In this document: piece by piece, positions 50,268 to 63,617 of the stretch
Position numbering within the stretch: the stretch's first letter is position 1
Layout of the letters: the number at the start of each line of letters is the position of its first letter
The notes under the pieces: generated by a model
Databases searched by the model: none
The model's input: only the letters and a program-made list of their open reading frames with translations
Told to the model about the DNA's origin: nothing
Made by a program: the position numbers and the translations under genes
Origin: Camelus ferus
Lineage: Eukaryota
Length of the DNA stretch: 64,000 nt
Assembly (NCBI RefSeq): GCF_009834535.1
Contig: NC_045696.1
Span: 9,612,001 to 9,676,000 of the forward strand
Direction: 5' to 3'

Positions 50268-50600
50268 CCAATGATTCTCAAAGCTGGTCCTAGAGCAAAG
50301 ACCAGCAACATCACCATCACCTGGGAACTTGTTAAAAATGCAACTTATTGAGCACCACAAGTTGCCTGAAAGATTCCCATGCATGCTAAGTTTGAGAACT
50401 ACTGCTCTTGACCAATTTACTAGGCCAGAGGTTCCCAAATCTGGATGTACTTTAGAATCACCTGGGAACTTGTGAAAATTATCGCTGCCCGGCTTCAGCC
50501 CCAAAGATTTCTACCTAGAAGGTCTAGAATGGAGCCTGGGCATTGGCATTTTTTAAAGCTCCTCAGATGAGTCCAATCTTTATTCAGGTAAGAACCATGC
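50268..50600. mobile_element. Two adjacent MER5-like MITEs (50268-50404, 50425-50600)
   Basis: catcacctgggaacttgttaaaaatgca...agtttgagaactactg; tagaatcacctggg...gcattttttaaagctcc. Confidence 0.8.
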
Positions 50601-52534
50601 ATTACAGATTGCTGCATTCCTTGTTTTATCACTGGTGAAGTAGACACGGGAAAAATCTGAGGAAGTCCCAAAGCTTTGTCCTTGTAGTCTACGGTATTCT
50701 TCACTATGCAGACTGAGCAAGAAAAGGGCACTTGGGGTGGGGAGGACCGTTTTGCTGTCTTTCTTCAACCACCCAGATAAGCCAAAGTTAAGTTGTACCC
50801 TCCCTTCCTTCCACCCCCCTCATCTCTCTCCTGGAAGTGGAACTATTGAAAAGTGAAATAACCGAATGTCAAGCCATTTGAATGGACGGAGATGGAAGCT
50901 TCATGTCCACATTCAATCCAATTACAACAGTCAATTCTGTTGTAAATAATTTTAGGATAATGAAGGTAATGCTCAACTATTTGTACCAGGGAAGAAAGAA
51001 CTGAGAAGAAGGAACTGAGATTTGATGAGTTAAGAAACCTCAGACCAAAGAGTCTTTTGCAGTGTAGGTATGTGGGATGGTGGGGAGACAGAGCATTTAT
51101 GCTAAAGTTCTCACAGATGTGGGGGCTGGAATGACATCTTCCTCTCTATTCACCCCCAACGACCTTGACCTCTGCTGAAGGATACAGTTTCTGGTCGTGA
51201 TGTCTACTGAAGACCTGCCCCACCTGCACCTACCCTCTTTATAGTGTCCCAGCAAGGGTAGCCCTTCCGGCAGGCAAGGCCACAATCTAAGAACTAGGTG
51301 ATGTCAAATCACCACTATCTTTTTAGCTTTAGGTGAAAGGAGCTTTTTGGATCAACTGCTTCTTTGACAGAGGACAGTGAAATTCAGACAGGAATAAAAG
51401 GACTGACATTCCCAAGCCTGGCAAACTTCCACTTGCAGAAAAAGGAATGCGGAGAGTTTAGCAAAAATTTCACCTAGAATTTCAAAATAGCATAATGTTG
51501 AACGGAAAACAAGTGGTTTTTATAATAGGAAAGCCCACAAAATGGCCACAGCAATTTGCATCTTCATGGTTTATAGGCAAGAAGTCTTCAAGTTGAGTTG
51601 AGGGAGAAGTAAAATCAACAGCTAGGGTTCTTTTAACCACTCACCAAGACACTTATGCACTTAAAAGACTAATGCTAGAAACCACATTCTCATCTACTCT
51701 GTTTCCACCTATTCCCTTGGAGCTATATCTGGTGGACATTATTGTAATGCCACTATGAGTATTTGTTTAAAGCTCACCACACATTTATGGGGACCAGATT
51801 TGCTTCCCCATGGAAACCTTGGATGAGGCAATTAAGAAAAATGGTTTTCGTGAGTAAGGCTCGGGCAGCAGGGGGAATGAAAGGACTGGGAGAAAACCAG
51901 AAGCAGAAGGTAAGCAGACCCCCAGGGCCAGGGGAAGCCATGGCACAGTCTCCACTTGGGGTTTCCACACCAGGAGTCAAACTCAAGTCCAGGAGGCCAG
52001 CAAAACTGAGTCTAGAGAGCTGATATGAAATTGAGTCTTTTGGTCTAAGGCAGAGTTCAGGAAAGCTGCAGGAGGTTACATGGGTCATGCAAGGTGACCA
52101 CTCATGGGGTCAGGGTTGAGAAATGGCCAGTATGGGGAACAAGGTGAAAAGAGAGAGCTTGGTTGTGAGTAAGAAGCCTCCTTGCACAAGGCCTTGTCAG
52201 GCAGAAGTGGGGACTGATCCCCAAGGATCATTGCTGCCAGGGGAGGCCAGTTGCCGGGTGACCTGTCCCTGGGAGACTAGGTACTTCTCCTGACAACTCC
52301 ACCAGGAGTCCGTTTTCTCTGGGGTCCATGGTCAAAGACCTGGAGTTCTCTTAGACTGTTTCTCAAGCACTGGTACATCCTCAAGGTATTTGATAAATAC
52401 CTGATGGAGAAGAAGACAGGTGCAGACTGGGGGTGGGTCAGACCAAGCAATGGACACCATGGAGATGTGGCCACTTTGGACTGGGAACTCACTTTCAGAA
52501 GTTCATTCCCTGGGAATGGAACACTGTCAGGATT

Positions 52535-52720
52535 CAATGTTCTCACTCTGGCTTGGCATTAGAATGATTAAGGGAAGTTTAAAAAAAAAAACAACATTGC
52601 AGTGCCCTGGTCCCATGCCCAGAGATTCTGACTTAATTGGTCTGGGGAGGGTCTGTGGCACTGGTATTTTTGAAACATTCTCTGGGTGATTCCAAGGCTC
52701 AGTCAAGACTGGGTTAGAGG
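52535..52720. mobile_element. MER5B-like MITE
   Basis: cccagagattctgacttaattggtctgggg...ggtatttttgaaa...ggtgattcc. Confidence 0.75.
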
Positions 52721-53534
52721 AACATGGGACAGGAAATAGATGACCATCTCTGCCCTTGTTACCCATTCTCTCCTTTCTCCTTCTATGGAAACGCCATCCT
52801 GTGAATGTCTGGTGTCTGACCATCTCTGAGTTTTTACTCATACCATCTCTTGAACAAATAATAATCATTGGGTTTATTTATCATTTTTCCACTAAATTAT
52901 AAAATGGAAACTTTAAAAGAAGTCTTTTACTTATTAACAATGACTAATCACTATGTAAAAAGTACTGGTCTCCAAGGGAGAGGCTCAAAGTGACAGGAGA
53001 TGACAGGAGTGGGGAGGAGAAATGTTCAGAGCCCACTGGTGGATGCCTGCCCTCTCACCTGTTCAGGAGGAGCTGCACCAGTCCCACCCTCACCCACAAT
53101 GTCACCCCATCTGTCTCCCTGGGGACTGAGCTGTTTGGTAATAAGCCACAGGAAATGGGCACCATCTGAAATGTTTTGGATCCAGAGCAGAACTGGAGTG
53201 ACAATGTGAGGAATACACACCACTGTGCTGGGCTTGACCTCCTCAATAAGATACTCTTTGGAAGACCTCCAGACTGCAGACCAGCTGGCCTTCCCCAGGC
53301 AACAACCCTCCCTTGATAAATTTCCTTTTTCCATGACCACCAAGCCCAGGTGGGAAATGGCCATGAGTTCCCTCCTCCACCAGACATTTCATAACCTTGG
53401 CCAAAATATGGCTGCCCATCCACCACAACCTCTCCAGCTACCAAACACATGTCTGTTTTCTGGGGATCTTGGGGTCACTTGAGTTTCCTCTGTTGATCAG
53501 GGATACTCAAGTTGATTCCAAAGTCATAACAGGG

Positions 53535-53965
53535 TAAACTAAGTCAGACAAAGAAAGACAAATACTGTGTAATATCACTTATACGTGGAACCTAAAAAGG
53601 CAGAACTCACAGAAACAGAAGTAGGACGGTGGTTACCAGGGCCTGGGTGCTGAGGGAAATGGGGAGATGTGAATCAAAGGATACAAACTTCCAGTTAGAA
53701 GATGACGAAGTTCTGGGAATCTAATGTGTAGTACGGAGATTACAGTTAATAATATTGGATTAGATACTTGAAAATTGCTAAGTGAGCAGATCTTAAATGT
53801 TCTTACCACAAAAAAGTTACATTAATTATGTGTCACGATGGAGTTGATAGCTAACTATGGTGGTAATCATTTTGTAACATATAAGCGTATCAAATCAATG
53901 TTGTACACCTTACACAGTTTTATATATCAATTGTATCTCAATAAACCTAGAAAAACATTTTTTAA
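53535..53965 (+). mobile_element. L1MA-like 3' UTR
   Basis: aagtcagacaaagaaagacaaatactg...gatcttaaatgttcttaccac...tcaattgtatctcaataaa. Confidence 0.9.
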
Positions 53966-54540
53966 ATATAGCTATGTATTTAAAATATCAGGAAATGTTC
54001 TTGAGAATTCTATTCTGTGTTCAATGTCAGTGAATCTACTTGTTGTAGTTCTATCTCAGTTGACCCTTTATGTTCTGTGTGCATCTTCTGGGTTTTGAGG
54101 CAAATGGATATGCATATCCACATTTTTTAATTAGTAGAATTAAGATATATTTAGTAGAATTAAGATATGTTAGGGTTAAAGAAATGGAATTAATTTTTTG
54201 TGCTTTGTATGATTTATTTAAATTCTCCCATTCTCAACAGTTGGTGAGATAAGTTATCAGAATTCCTGTTTTGATAGAAAATCTAGGGTCAGGGAAATTA
54301 AATAACTCACAGAGCTAGTCAAAGGAAGAGATGCAGTTCAACTAGAGTTAATTTGGTTATTTATACATTAAATGAATTTCCCCTGCTTTGTTCAAAAGTA
54401 AGCCAAAATAAATATTTAATTGATTTTTTTCTTTTCTACTGAAGGCTGTATTCAGTTGGTTAATTAGACTATTCTTCCTTTTTTTCTTTACAAAAAAAAG
54501 TTTCTTGGAACACAGGCTCTTGAACCTTCCTCTTTACCTC

Positions 54541-55003
54541 TGTCGTTGGTGGAATAATGGCCCCCCAAAGATGTCCACATCCTAATCCTGAGAACCTGTA
54601 AAAAATGTTGTCTGCATGGTAAATGAGACTTTGCAGATGTGATAACTTTAAGGATCTTGACATGGGAAGATCCTCCCAAATAATTTTGGTGGGCCCAATA
54701 TAATCTCAAGGGTCCCTAAAAGAGGTTGGCAGAAGGATCAGAATGAGAGGATAGAAGCAGGGTGTGAGGGATGCACTTTGAAGATGGAGGAAGGGGCCAT
54801 GAGCTAAGGAATGTAGATGGTCTATAGCAGCTGGAAAAGGCAAGGAAACAGATTCTCCCCTGGAGCCTCCGGAAGGAAGGCAGCCCTGCCAACACCTTGA
54901 TTTCAGATTTCTGAGCTCCAGAACTGTAAGGAAATACGTTTGTGTTGTTTTACGCCACTAAGTTTGTCGTAACTTGTTATAGCAGCAATTGGAAACTAGT
55001 ACA
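54541..55003 (+). mobile_element. MaLR solo LTR (MLT1D-like)
   Basis: TG...aataatggccccccaaagatgtccacatcctaatcc...ttgttatagcagcaattggaaactagtaCA. Confidence 0.9.
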
Positions 55004-55479
55004 CTGCCCTCTCCTCACTGCCTACAGTTCGTGCACTCTATGATCTTTTGTTCTATGAGCTAGCCAGCTCCACATTTCACCCCAGGAAAATGTTACTTTT
55101 AGGTGTGTGATCAGCTCATTTTTCCCCTTTATTTTTCCACAGTGTCCTAGATCCTAAAAACAATGGTCTTGTTGTTTGGGGCTGGGACCGTGTACAGGGG
55201 ACTTGGATGTTTTCTTGGAATTCCTGGCTTTGGGTTGAAGTTGGTGGATCAGGCCAAGTTGTGGGGGGTCCCAACACTGGCGGATACTTAGGGGAGATCT
55301 CTCTCCTCTTCTTCCCCTGCTCCAAGACACCACCCACACTGGCTGGCTGAATTGTATTTGAGTGTCTGTGCAAAATTCTGGAATGCATAACCGTTCCAGC
55401 CACAGAGGTGGTCAGACTTCCCAGATCCTCTCATCCCTGCCCCCATTCCATACTTTCTTTTGGTTCCTTCAGTCCTTCC

Positions 55480-55830
55480 TCCATTCAATCAAATGACACT
55501 AATTAGCCACCTCCCAGTGCCAGATGCTGTGGTAGGTACGGGGATGAATCACTGAACAGACACAGCCTCTGTCTCTGTGTGGCAGGGTGATGGACAGGAA
55601 GAGTGAGGTCAGCGTGTGCTAGCAGAGATGTGTGGTCACTGAGGACGGCGATCCACTCTGCTGGGAGCTGGCCAGCTGGTCTCAGGCACAGCCTCAGGGA
55701 GGATGGAACCTTGAGCCAGATCTTGAGGAGGATCAATAGGGGTCAAGAAGCAGGCAGGGAAGGAGGGCAGTGCTGGACGCAGAAAGTGCAGCAGCTCTAG
55801 AGGCTGGTCATCATGGACTGGCTTAGCCCA
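55480..55830 (-). mobile_element. L2 fragment
   Basis: cattcaatcaaatg...cacctcccagtgccagatgctgtggtaggtacgggga. Confidence 0.5.
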
Positions 55831-56132
55831 GCTCAGCTGTGCGCACAGTTTGGTGTGGCCACAAAGAAGAGTAAAAGGGAAGTGGAAAAGAAAAAAGCAG
55901 AGAGGGGGGCCCTGCCCCCTGGAGACTAATAAGGATGTCAAGGGCAGCATTTGTAACACTGAAGCCTGTTTTCCTGCACATTTGAATTGCACAACCATGA
56001 CGCACTGGTTGGATGGTGGAGGACTCTGGGAGCATCTCATCATTAGATGATGTATATTTGTTGGCTGATTGAACTAATTTAAGTGTTGTGTGTGAGATTG
56101 TTTTAGGGCTGCTGTACAGTTAAAGAAGATGC

Positions 56133-56350
56133 GGCAGCATAATGGTTAGACCGTGGGCTTTGGCATCGCATAAAGATGGGCTATGCCTTTCTAGCTGGGT
56201 GACTTGGGGCCAGCTAAATAACCCCCGGAGCCTGAATTTTCCCCAGTGAGATTCAAAGGTCAGAGAGAAGATTAAATTAAATAATGCATGTAAAGTGCTC
56301 AGCCCACTACCTAGAACACAGTCAATGCTCATAAGTCATGGTTGCTTATT
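56133..56350 (+). mobile_element. MIR
   Basis: gcagcataatggttaga...ctagctgggtgacttgggg...ataatgcatgtaaagtgctcagc. Confidence 0.75.
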
Positions 56351-57149
56351 GCCATGTCCCTTTATGCCAATTTAACAACGTGTCACTCTCTTTTCCTACC
56401 AGAGGAAGATAAGAGAAAGCTGTCAACGGCTTCAAGAAGGGATTTTAATAAGAAGCTGTGAGGAGAATGAAAAAAGAGCCAAGGGGTATAAATCTCTATG
56501 TTATAAGAAGATTCAGGTTGAAAGCGGATGAGATTAACTGAACTGTTAGGAGATTCTTAACCAATTAGGGCAAAATGTCAAGATTCTAGAATGGCAGAGC
56601 TTTCTCTAGCTCCCGTCGGGGAAACCAAGAGCACAGGGACAGGAATTTGGAGGAGAGACGGAGTTAAGACATTTTCCGAAAGAATCCAAACTAAGGAAAG
56701 TGAGGAGAGAAGAGGAGGAAAGATTCTTTGTCAGCCCTTTGGTGTGACCATCATGTTGGGTCATGCGTGGAATCTGGAATCTTAAGTTCTTTGAGGGCAG
56801 CGCCTGGTCTTGGGTGTCTGTACCCACAGCGCGTCTGCCACGTGGTGGAGAACCAATAAATGTCGAGTGGGTGCAGGACACATTACTAGGTATTTCTTCT
56901 TAACCAGCTTCTCTTCCAATTCAGCACAGGTAAGCTTGTCCCCAGTTTGAAACCCATCATTCAAATTCCTCAAATCACTCAGAAACTTTTGTTTTCGCTC
57001 ATGTTCCTGCCATCACCTGGTGAGTAATGCCAAAATCACACGTGGCCCATACTTGGAAGAGTTTTATAAACTGAATTCAGCATTGTCACTTGTGTCCCTT
57101 AGAACAGAGACTGATGATGAAAGGGTGCCTATAGTATTTCTTTAACGAA

Positions 57150-59000
57150 AGATGGATGATTCATATACCTCATTATTTTTGCAAGTCTTAGCTTTATACT
57201 TCGTGAAACCGCAAAAGTCTGGTTTTAGAGACGTGATTTTACTGCCTGTCATGGACAAAAATGTGACTGCCCAAATATGAGAGAACCGAACGGAGGACGT
57301 GAGCGTCTGTTTGTACTTACTGGGTCTGGACGCTCGTTATCCGATCCTTTGTACCAACCATAACAAAGTTTTTCTTGAAATTGTGCTAGTCAGTTTCTTT
57401 TTTTCCTGATTTAACAGAATTTTTCTTGCAAGCTAGACATTGACTTTTTAATATTTTTAACAAATAGGTTAAAAACTCACTGAAATACTTCCTCTGAAGG
57501 ATTTTTTAAATCAGTTAAAAACATTGTCCATTTTTTCATATACAGATACGAGTTTTTACAGCTAACACCTCATTTTCAACACCAGTAATGCGTAGCATGA
57601 TTTACTCTTGAGAATCAGATCGGTCACGTCCTTACTCAAAGTTAAAATGTGAACTTTACCTTCACAGATTATGTTGATCTATTACTTTAAAAATATCTGC
57701 CAGCTAGCAAACCACTGACAGCCATACATCTCAGAAACTATGAATTTGCAAGCCTAGTCTTACGGTAAAAGTACTGAATGTCCCATCTGTAAGTTGGAAA
57801 CCCTTTGAAGTGTTTTACAAAAGAGAAGCAGTAAACCTCTGTGTGATACAAACCATGTTCACAACTGCTTTCCCTTCCACTACAAGATATTCTAAAGAGT
57901 CTTACATATTTTAAAGTTTTTTTGTGTTTAGTACTATGCTGTGTTTTGAAAATTATCCCCATTAATGTCATCCACTAAAACTCTGTACCCCCCGGCAATG
58001 ACCTTCCTAATGATAGGTTGCCTATAAAGGGAGCAGTAAATGAAAATCACCCTTGGATCTATCTCTGTAAAGTTACCCTGGGCTTCCTTTTATATTCTGG
58101 TCAGATTGGTTGCCACATCAAGGGTTATTCTAATATAATTTTCTTATAAAACATTGTTCTTATTACAGAAGTCATTTGGCATTAAAAATATCTTCTCCAG
58201 TCTATCTTTCTTTTAGAGGTTCACAAAGAAAGTAGTCCTGGATATATTCCATTACTGAATAGAATTAGCAAATTCCATAGGCTGAGAACGTCAGAAACAT
58301 CTGTACTTCAATCCAGCTGTGTAGTAAACCACCCACACTGCCTAATTTCTCCTAGTACTTGTTTCTTCAAACCTTCAGTGATGTTTTCAAGGCATCTTCC
58401 AGCAGTATTTGCTGACCAAGGAATGCATTTTAGTTTAGTCACCAATTTGTGTTCTATGCATTATTCTCGAGCTGTTGTCACCATAATAAATGTTTCCTTC
58501 ATAGTAGCCTTTCCCCCATTTACTATTAAATAAGAAACTTACTATTAAATACAAAACTTAAACAAGCTCTTAAGGGGCTTCTAAACATTTATCATCAAAT
58601 TTATTATGATTTTTGTAACGCACTGGATTGAGTAGTAAATGGCTCTGAACATTTTTAAAAGTAGAAATGTACCTTCATATTCTGGATAGTAAGTTTTTAA
58701 ATGTTTGCAAATCGTGTTGGCTTCATATCAGCTTTAGTGATAACCCAAGCTGCAATATGCATTTACTTGAGTTGCACTGTTACTGGTAGACGATATAAAT
58801 TCATATTTCAAGAAGCTTTTGTTGTTGTTGTTCATGTCAGTTTTTTGTGTGTGTATATGTGATTTGTTGCCAGAACTGATAAGATTATCATTGTTTTGCC
58901 TCATGATGCGGCCAAGAAAGAGCTTGCATCAGAAGAAGGGTTGGCCCTGACATCTTTCTAATCGTTCAGTCACTGTTTTCATTACTAGTATTGCCTGTAA
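57150..59000 (-). mobile_element. Decayed hAT (Charlie/Buster-type) transposase fossil
   Basis: Minus-strand peptides: MKPTR..HLKT (BED-like); KLKCIPWSANTAGRCLENITEGLKKQVLGEIRQCGWFTTQLD*STDVS (LDESTD motif, ~58285-58435); RLFRISC...LYHTEV (ORF 57738-57971); many stops and frameshifts. Confidence 0.85.
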
Positions 59001-59139
59001 CCTTCTCTACAGGTTCATTTAAAGCCCACTTGCCAGCTTTGGGGGTGTTCGCTTTGTTGAAACAAGATAGTAGAAACCATAAACCCACTTAGCTAAGCTC
59101 ACATAATTTGCAATTTGTCGTATCACCCTGAACTCAAGA

Positions 59140-60290
59140 GGATGAATGCATCCCCCAAGTGGAGAACATTACATGAGTGAGAAACAAACTTTCATTGTAT
59201 CAAACCACCAATATTTGGGGTGCCTGTTACAGCAGCCAGTGTTAGCTGAATGAATACACTTCCTTTGTGTGAGACATTTTGACAGATGTTGTAAGGGCCA
59301 CAAAAAATAAACATCCCTGACTCCAAGACTGTAACTAAGACATGCATGCAAGTAACTGTATTATTCTGAATTAGTCCAGAACACAGGCACCGTGAGAGAG
59401 ACCCAAATTAAGCACAATGGGAGCTCAAGCAAAGAGAACAACCTTTCCAGTTAGTGTGGCCAGAAAATATTCCGCGGAGGAGATCACACTTGTGCTGGAC
59501 TTCGGAGGAGAGTTAAGACTTCAGTCGGTAGAGCTAAGAAGGAGCCTTCTCTAAGAGGAGAGTTGTGAGCCTCCTGGTGGAACTGGGACTATCAGTGTCA
59601 AGCTAAGGTGTTTGAACTTGATCCTGCAGACGATGAAGAGCCAAAGAGAAATTTTGAGTCGGGGAAGGCGCGGTCTTATTGATGCGTTAGGTAGATGATT
59701 CTGGTCACAGTGAAGAAGGTCTAGACAAAGCGCAGGAAAACCTGTTATGCGACAGATTAAGAAACAGCCCCAGCAGTGAGCCTGGGGTCACCACTCTGAC
59801 GCTCAGGCTCGGGGGGTCACAGACTTGCATGTGAATCCTGGCTCTCCCACTTGTCAACTCTACTGACATTGAGGAAGTTACTTCATCAACTAAGTCTCAG
59901 TTTCCCCATTTCAAAAAAGGGTTAATAACAGAAGGAGCTTCATATGATGTAAATGAAGGATGAGATAATGCATATAAAGCATGCAGCTCAGTGCCCGGCA
60001 AGTAATCAACGTTAACAGTCACGATTATTGTATCCCCAATGCGAGATATTAAGGACCCGATTTGGGTTTGTTGCAGTGACGAGAAAGAAGGGCTGAATTC
60101 AAGATACAGGCAAGAAAGGCAGATAAATCCACAATGACTCAAAAATTTGGTTTCAGTTACATGAGAGAATGTTCTACCACTGAAAGGACTGATTGGTTTC
60201 ATGCAGTAAAAAGGAAAAAAAATGCATCTGTAGATAAGCCAAGTTTGAGGTGTGAAGGGAAAACCAGAGACTTCTGTAGACAAAGATGAA
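59140..60290. mobile_element. Cluster: MLT end (~59140-59258), antisense L2 pieces and a sense MIR (~59775-60025)
   Basis: tttggggtgcctgttacagcagc; gtgaatcctggctctcccacttg...ctcagtttccccatt; ggtgtttgaacttgatcctg. Confidence 0.6.
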
Positions 60291-62419
60291 GAAGGCAGTA
60301 CTTTAAAAAGGAGGAAAAAAATTTAATGGAATAAATTGTTGGGGGAAGATTTCAAATGAGAAAGAGCAGATGTGACTGATCAGTTAGGGTCTTATCTGTA
60401 GAGAGATGAACACATACACCCCTCTCCCTTCCTCTGAGATAAGAGCGAATAAGAAGGAAAAAGAGAATGAAAACTCTAGAAAAGCTATCATGTATGGAAA
60501 AGAAAAGTTGACGTTGCTGATGGTACGTGGCCTTGGCTTCTTCTGAAAATCCAGTGGTGTGTCACCTGCTTGGGGTGCAGGTGGGGACAGAGGTGGGAGC
60601 ACAGGATGCAATTGCCACTTAACACCCCCCATTTCCAAATCCTGTTCACTGAAGACCCAGGCATGGAAGACCCTGGGCTCAGTGCTCTGCAGAGAGTTTT
60701 TTTTTTTTTTTTTTAAAGGACATTGTTTTCATGGAGATTGTTGAGTGACAAATTTCCCTGGTTCTGCCGGAGACTTACAAGTTTAGCTGGAGGCTGACAT
60801 GAACAAACACACTCTCACCATCTTAGAAGAACTGAATTTTTAAGTTAAAGGTGCAAATTGACTTCCTTTGCTCTAATGTTGGGCAGAATCAATGCCAAGG
60901 GCATGGCACATCAAAGTGTTTGCCAACTGGGGCCATGCTGTAATTGGCTCTCAACCATCCCAGGGGAGCCCCTGGGGGACTGGAAGCTGGTTAGTGCAGT
61001 TGGTACTAAAAAACATGGAAGGCTGGCATGGACACCCATAGAGAAAGCCCCGCCTTCCTACACCAGCACACCCTCAGGCCAGGGTCTTTACTGACTTCTC
61101 ATCTTCCAGACTACCCAGATGCTCCCTTTAACCTGGTTTCATCTTTGGATAACGTGACTGAGGAGAGAAGGAAATGCCCAGTGGGATGGATACCCCTACA
61201 GATGGCCCTGCCCGGATGCTGGAGCCGAGTTTCAGCTGAAGTTGAGCTCGAGCAAGCCAACTTGGAAGCTCGTAAGTTTGAAGATCTCCAGCCGGGAGAA
61301 GTACCCACCAGAAGGTACTGGTCACATGAGAACCTTGCTAATGAAGTGAAACCTTGTTTATTTTTCCACAGTGGAGGTAATTGCATGTGACATTTCTCTG
61401 AATCATTTATTTATATTTTTCCTCCTTTTTTCAGCATAAGAAACTAAACAGATGGAGAAAACTCACTTAAAGGGTTTTCTTATTACTCCTGGCAGTCTTT
61501 GGCTCCAGACAACTGCTTAGCCTCTTTCCTTGGCTAGAATTAATGCCTGGAAGTGTTTACACTGCCTTCAGATTCAGGGAGGGTGAGCAGGGACCACATT
61601 TCCCCCATTTGTCCCCTTCATCAAAGCCTTCTTCCCAGCTCCAATACAAAGATGTTTTATTGAGGCTCTGGACCCCACTCAGAAGCTTTTCTGTTTAATT
61701 TGGTTCTTCTTGTTGACATTAGGAGTGCATTTAAGCATGCCTCCATTCCCATATTCTAGCCGGAATGCGGAACTCCTTGTTAGAAGGTTGGACATGGATG
61801 AAAATGTCCATGACGGTGAACACAGCTGGGAGCATGGGCCACTGAGGGAAGGACTGATAGGAGGTGGAGTAGGTCCAAAGAGGGCGAGGTCCCTGCCCAC
61901 TCCTCAGAGGACACACCAGAGGGTATGGCACGTTGTACCAGCTGCTTTGTAGGTAGGAGCTCCAGAAGATGGGCCTAGGGGATAAGGGGCCTGTTGCTAC
62001 TCCCTCAGAGGATCAGCTTCCTCAAAGCTTAATACAGATTGAACCCCCAGAATCCATAACCCCTGAATATTTGTTCTCCGCTGTTCAGAGAAGAGTTTAC
62101 AGCCAGAAAACAGAGTTAAGAAGGGTCACAAAAGAAGAGGAAAAGGGATATAAGTGAGGCAGGGAGACTGTGAAAGCTCCAGATGTGGGCTGAAGTTTGG
62201 GTGGGACCTGGATCTATAATGGGGCACAAGTGGGCACACCTCACCCAGCTCCCCATCCCAAGACTTGTATTCTATCTGCAAAACTGGGGCTCCCATTCCA
62301 TTTCCCCACCATCTTCTATCCCCACTGAGAAGGAAAGTAGTACCCCAGCAGCAAATGATTCCCTGGGCCACCCCTTCGGTCACCTCTGATATTTGGCTAG
62401 AATTCCCTGATCACACCCC

Positions 62420-62660
62420 ACACCCCAGCCTGAGTACAGTGCCCATCCTTCCGTGTTCCTGAGTATTCAATATTTAATTTACACTGTAGTGAAATGTACT
62501 TGCTCATGTGTCTCTCGTGTGTCTCCCTCCCTCATTAGACTGTACACTCTTTGAAGTCAGGGACTGTCTCTTGCTGGTGGATTTTTCCAGGAATTAGCAC
62601 AATGCCAACTCATAGTTCAATAACTGTTCAAAGGAATATGTGAATGAACAAACAAACATA
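62420..62660 (+). mobile_element. L2 3' end
   Basis: cattagactgtacactctttgaagtcagggactgtctc...tagcacaatgcc...tgaatgaa. Confidence 0.65.
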
Positions 62661-63019
62661 AAATTTAAAAACTGAACTTCCTCACTTCCACTCATCCAAT
62701 CTCAGTTTGAGATAATACCCAACAAACATGGATTGGATGCCAGCTGGGCATCAACCACTATGCTGAATACGATTCATTATAAGAAAGAAGAGGTGGGACT
62801 TCCAAGTCACATGTAGGCATAGGAAACGACAGGCCGGAGAGCAGTGGTTGCTGTGTCTTGTCCTGCCCTCTCTGATCTGGGATGCTGCATGTCTGGCTGG
62901 AATATGGACGTGGTCCCTTCAGCTTGGAGCCCCCAATTGCCTCTCACTCCATTCTCATCTTTGTAGTTGCTTCTCTTGTGCTGTTTAAAGCCCTCTCTCC
63001 TCCCATGGTTCCCAGTGAG

Positions 63020-63615
63020 TCAGAACCATCATAGAACTTTGTATGGTATTTTTGTCTCAACGACTGAGGGTGTCCTACTGATATTTATTTGGTAGAAGCC
63101 ATGAATGGTTGACATCCTGCAATGCATGGACACGCCCCTGTAATAAAGAATTCTCTCTCATCCTCCCTGATTTTCAAGTGTTCCCCCAGAGCTTTGTGTA
63201 GCTAAAAACTCTGTTCTGTTTTAAATACAAACGCAAAGTATTTCTTGAAAGGTTTAAAATACACTGAAGTTTCCAGGAATGAGACTCCCATGTAAATCAA
63301 AGGAAGACTGTATTTAGTTTACCAAGAGTGAATCACCATTTGGGACGCCATGTCACCAACAGCAATGCCTATGGTATCTGAGTCTCAGCACAGCTCACCT
63401 GTGAAAGGCTGCTTTCATATCTCCTGCTTTCACAGAGAGGTTGCACTGAGCCCCAAGTATCCAGCATTATATGTTCTATCTTATTCCTACCTGAGCATTT
63501 ACCTATGGAAGCACATACTATTTTGTTATCAAATTACTTCCTATTTATTTTTAAGTCGGACAATTATGTTGACCTTTTAAATATAATGCAGTTAGGAAGA
63601 TTGTATGATTCATTT
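63020..63615. mobile_element. MER20B-like hAT-Charlie element
   Basis: MER20-like head (ggtagaagccatgaatg...acatcctgcaatgcatggac) followed by a long AT-rich internal part. Confidence 0.6.
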
Positions 63616-63617
63616 CT

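Noticed and set aside
54131..54168. 20-bp-period tandem duplication
   Set aside because: Only two copies; ordinary slippage, not an array.
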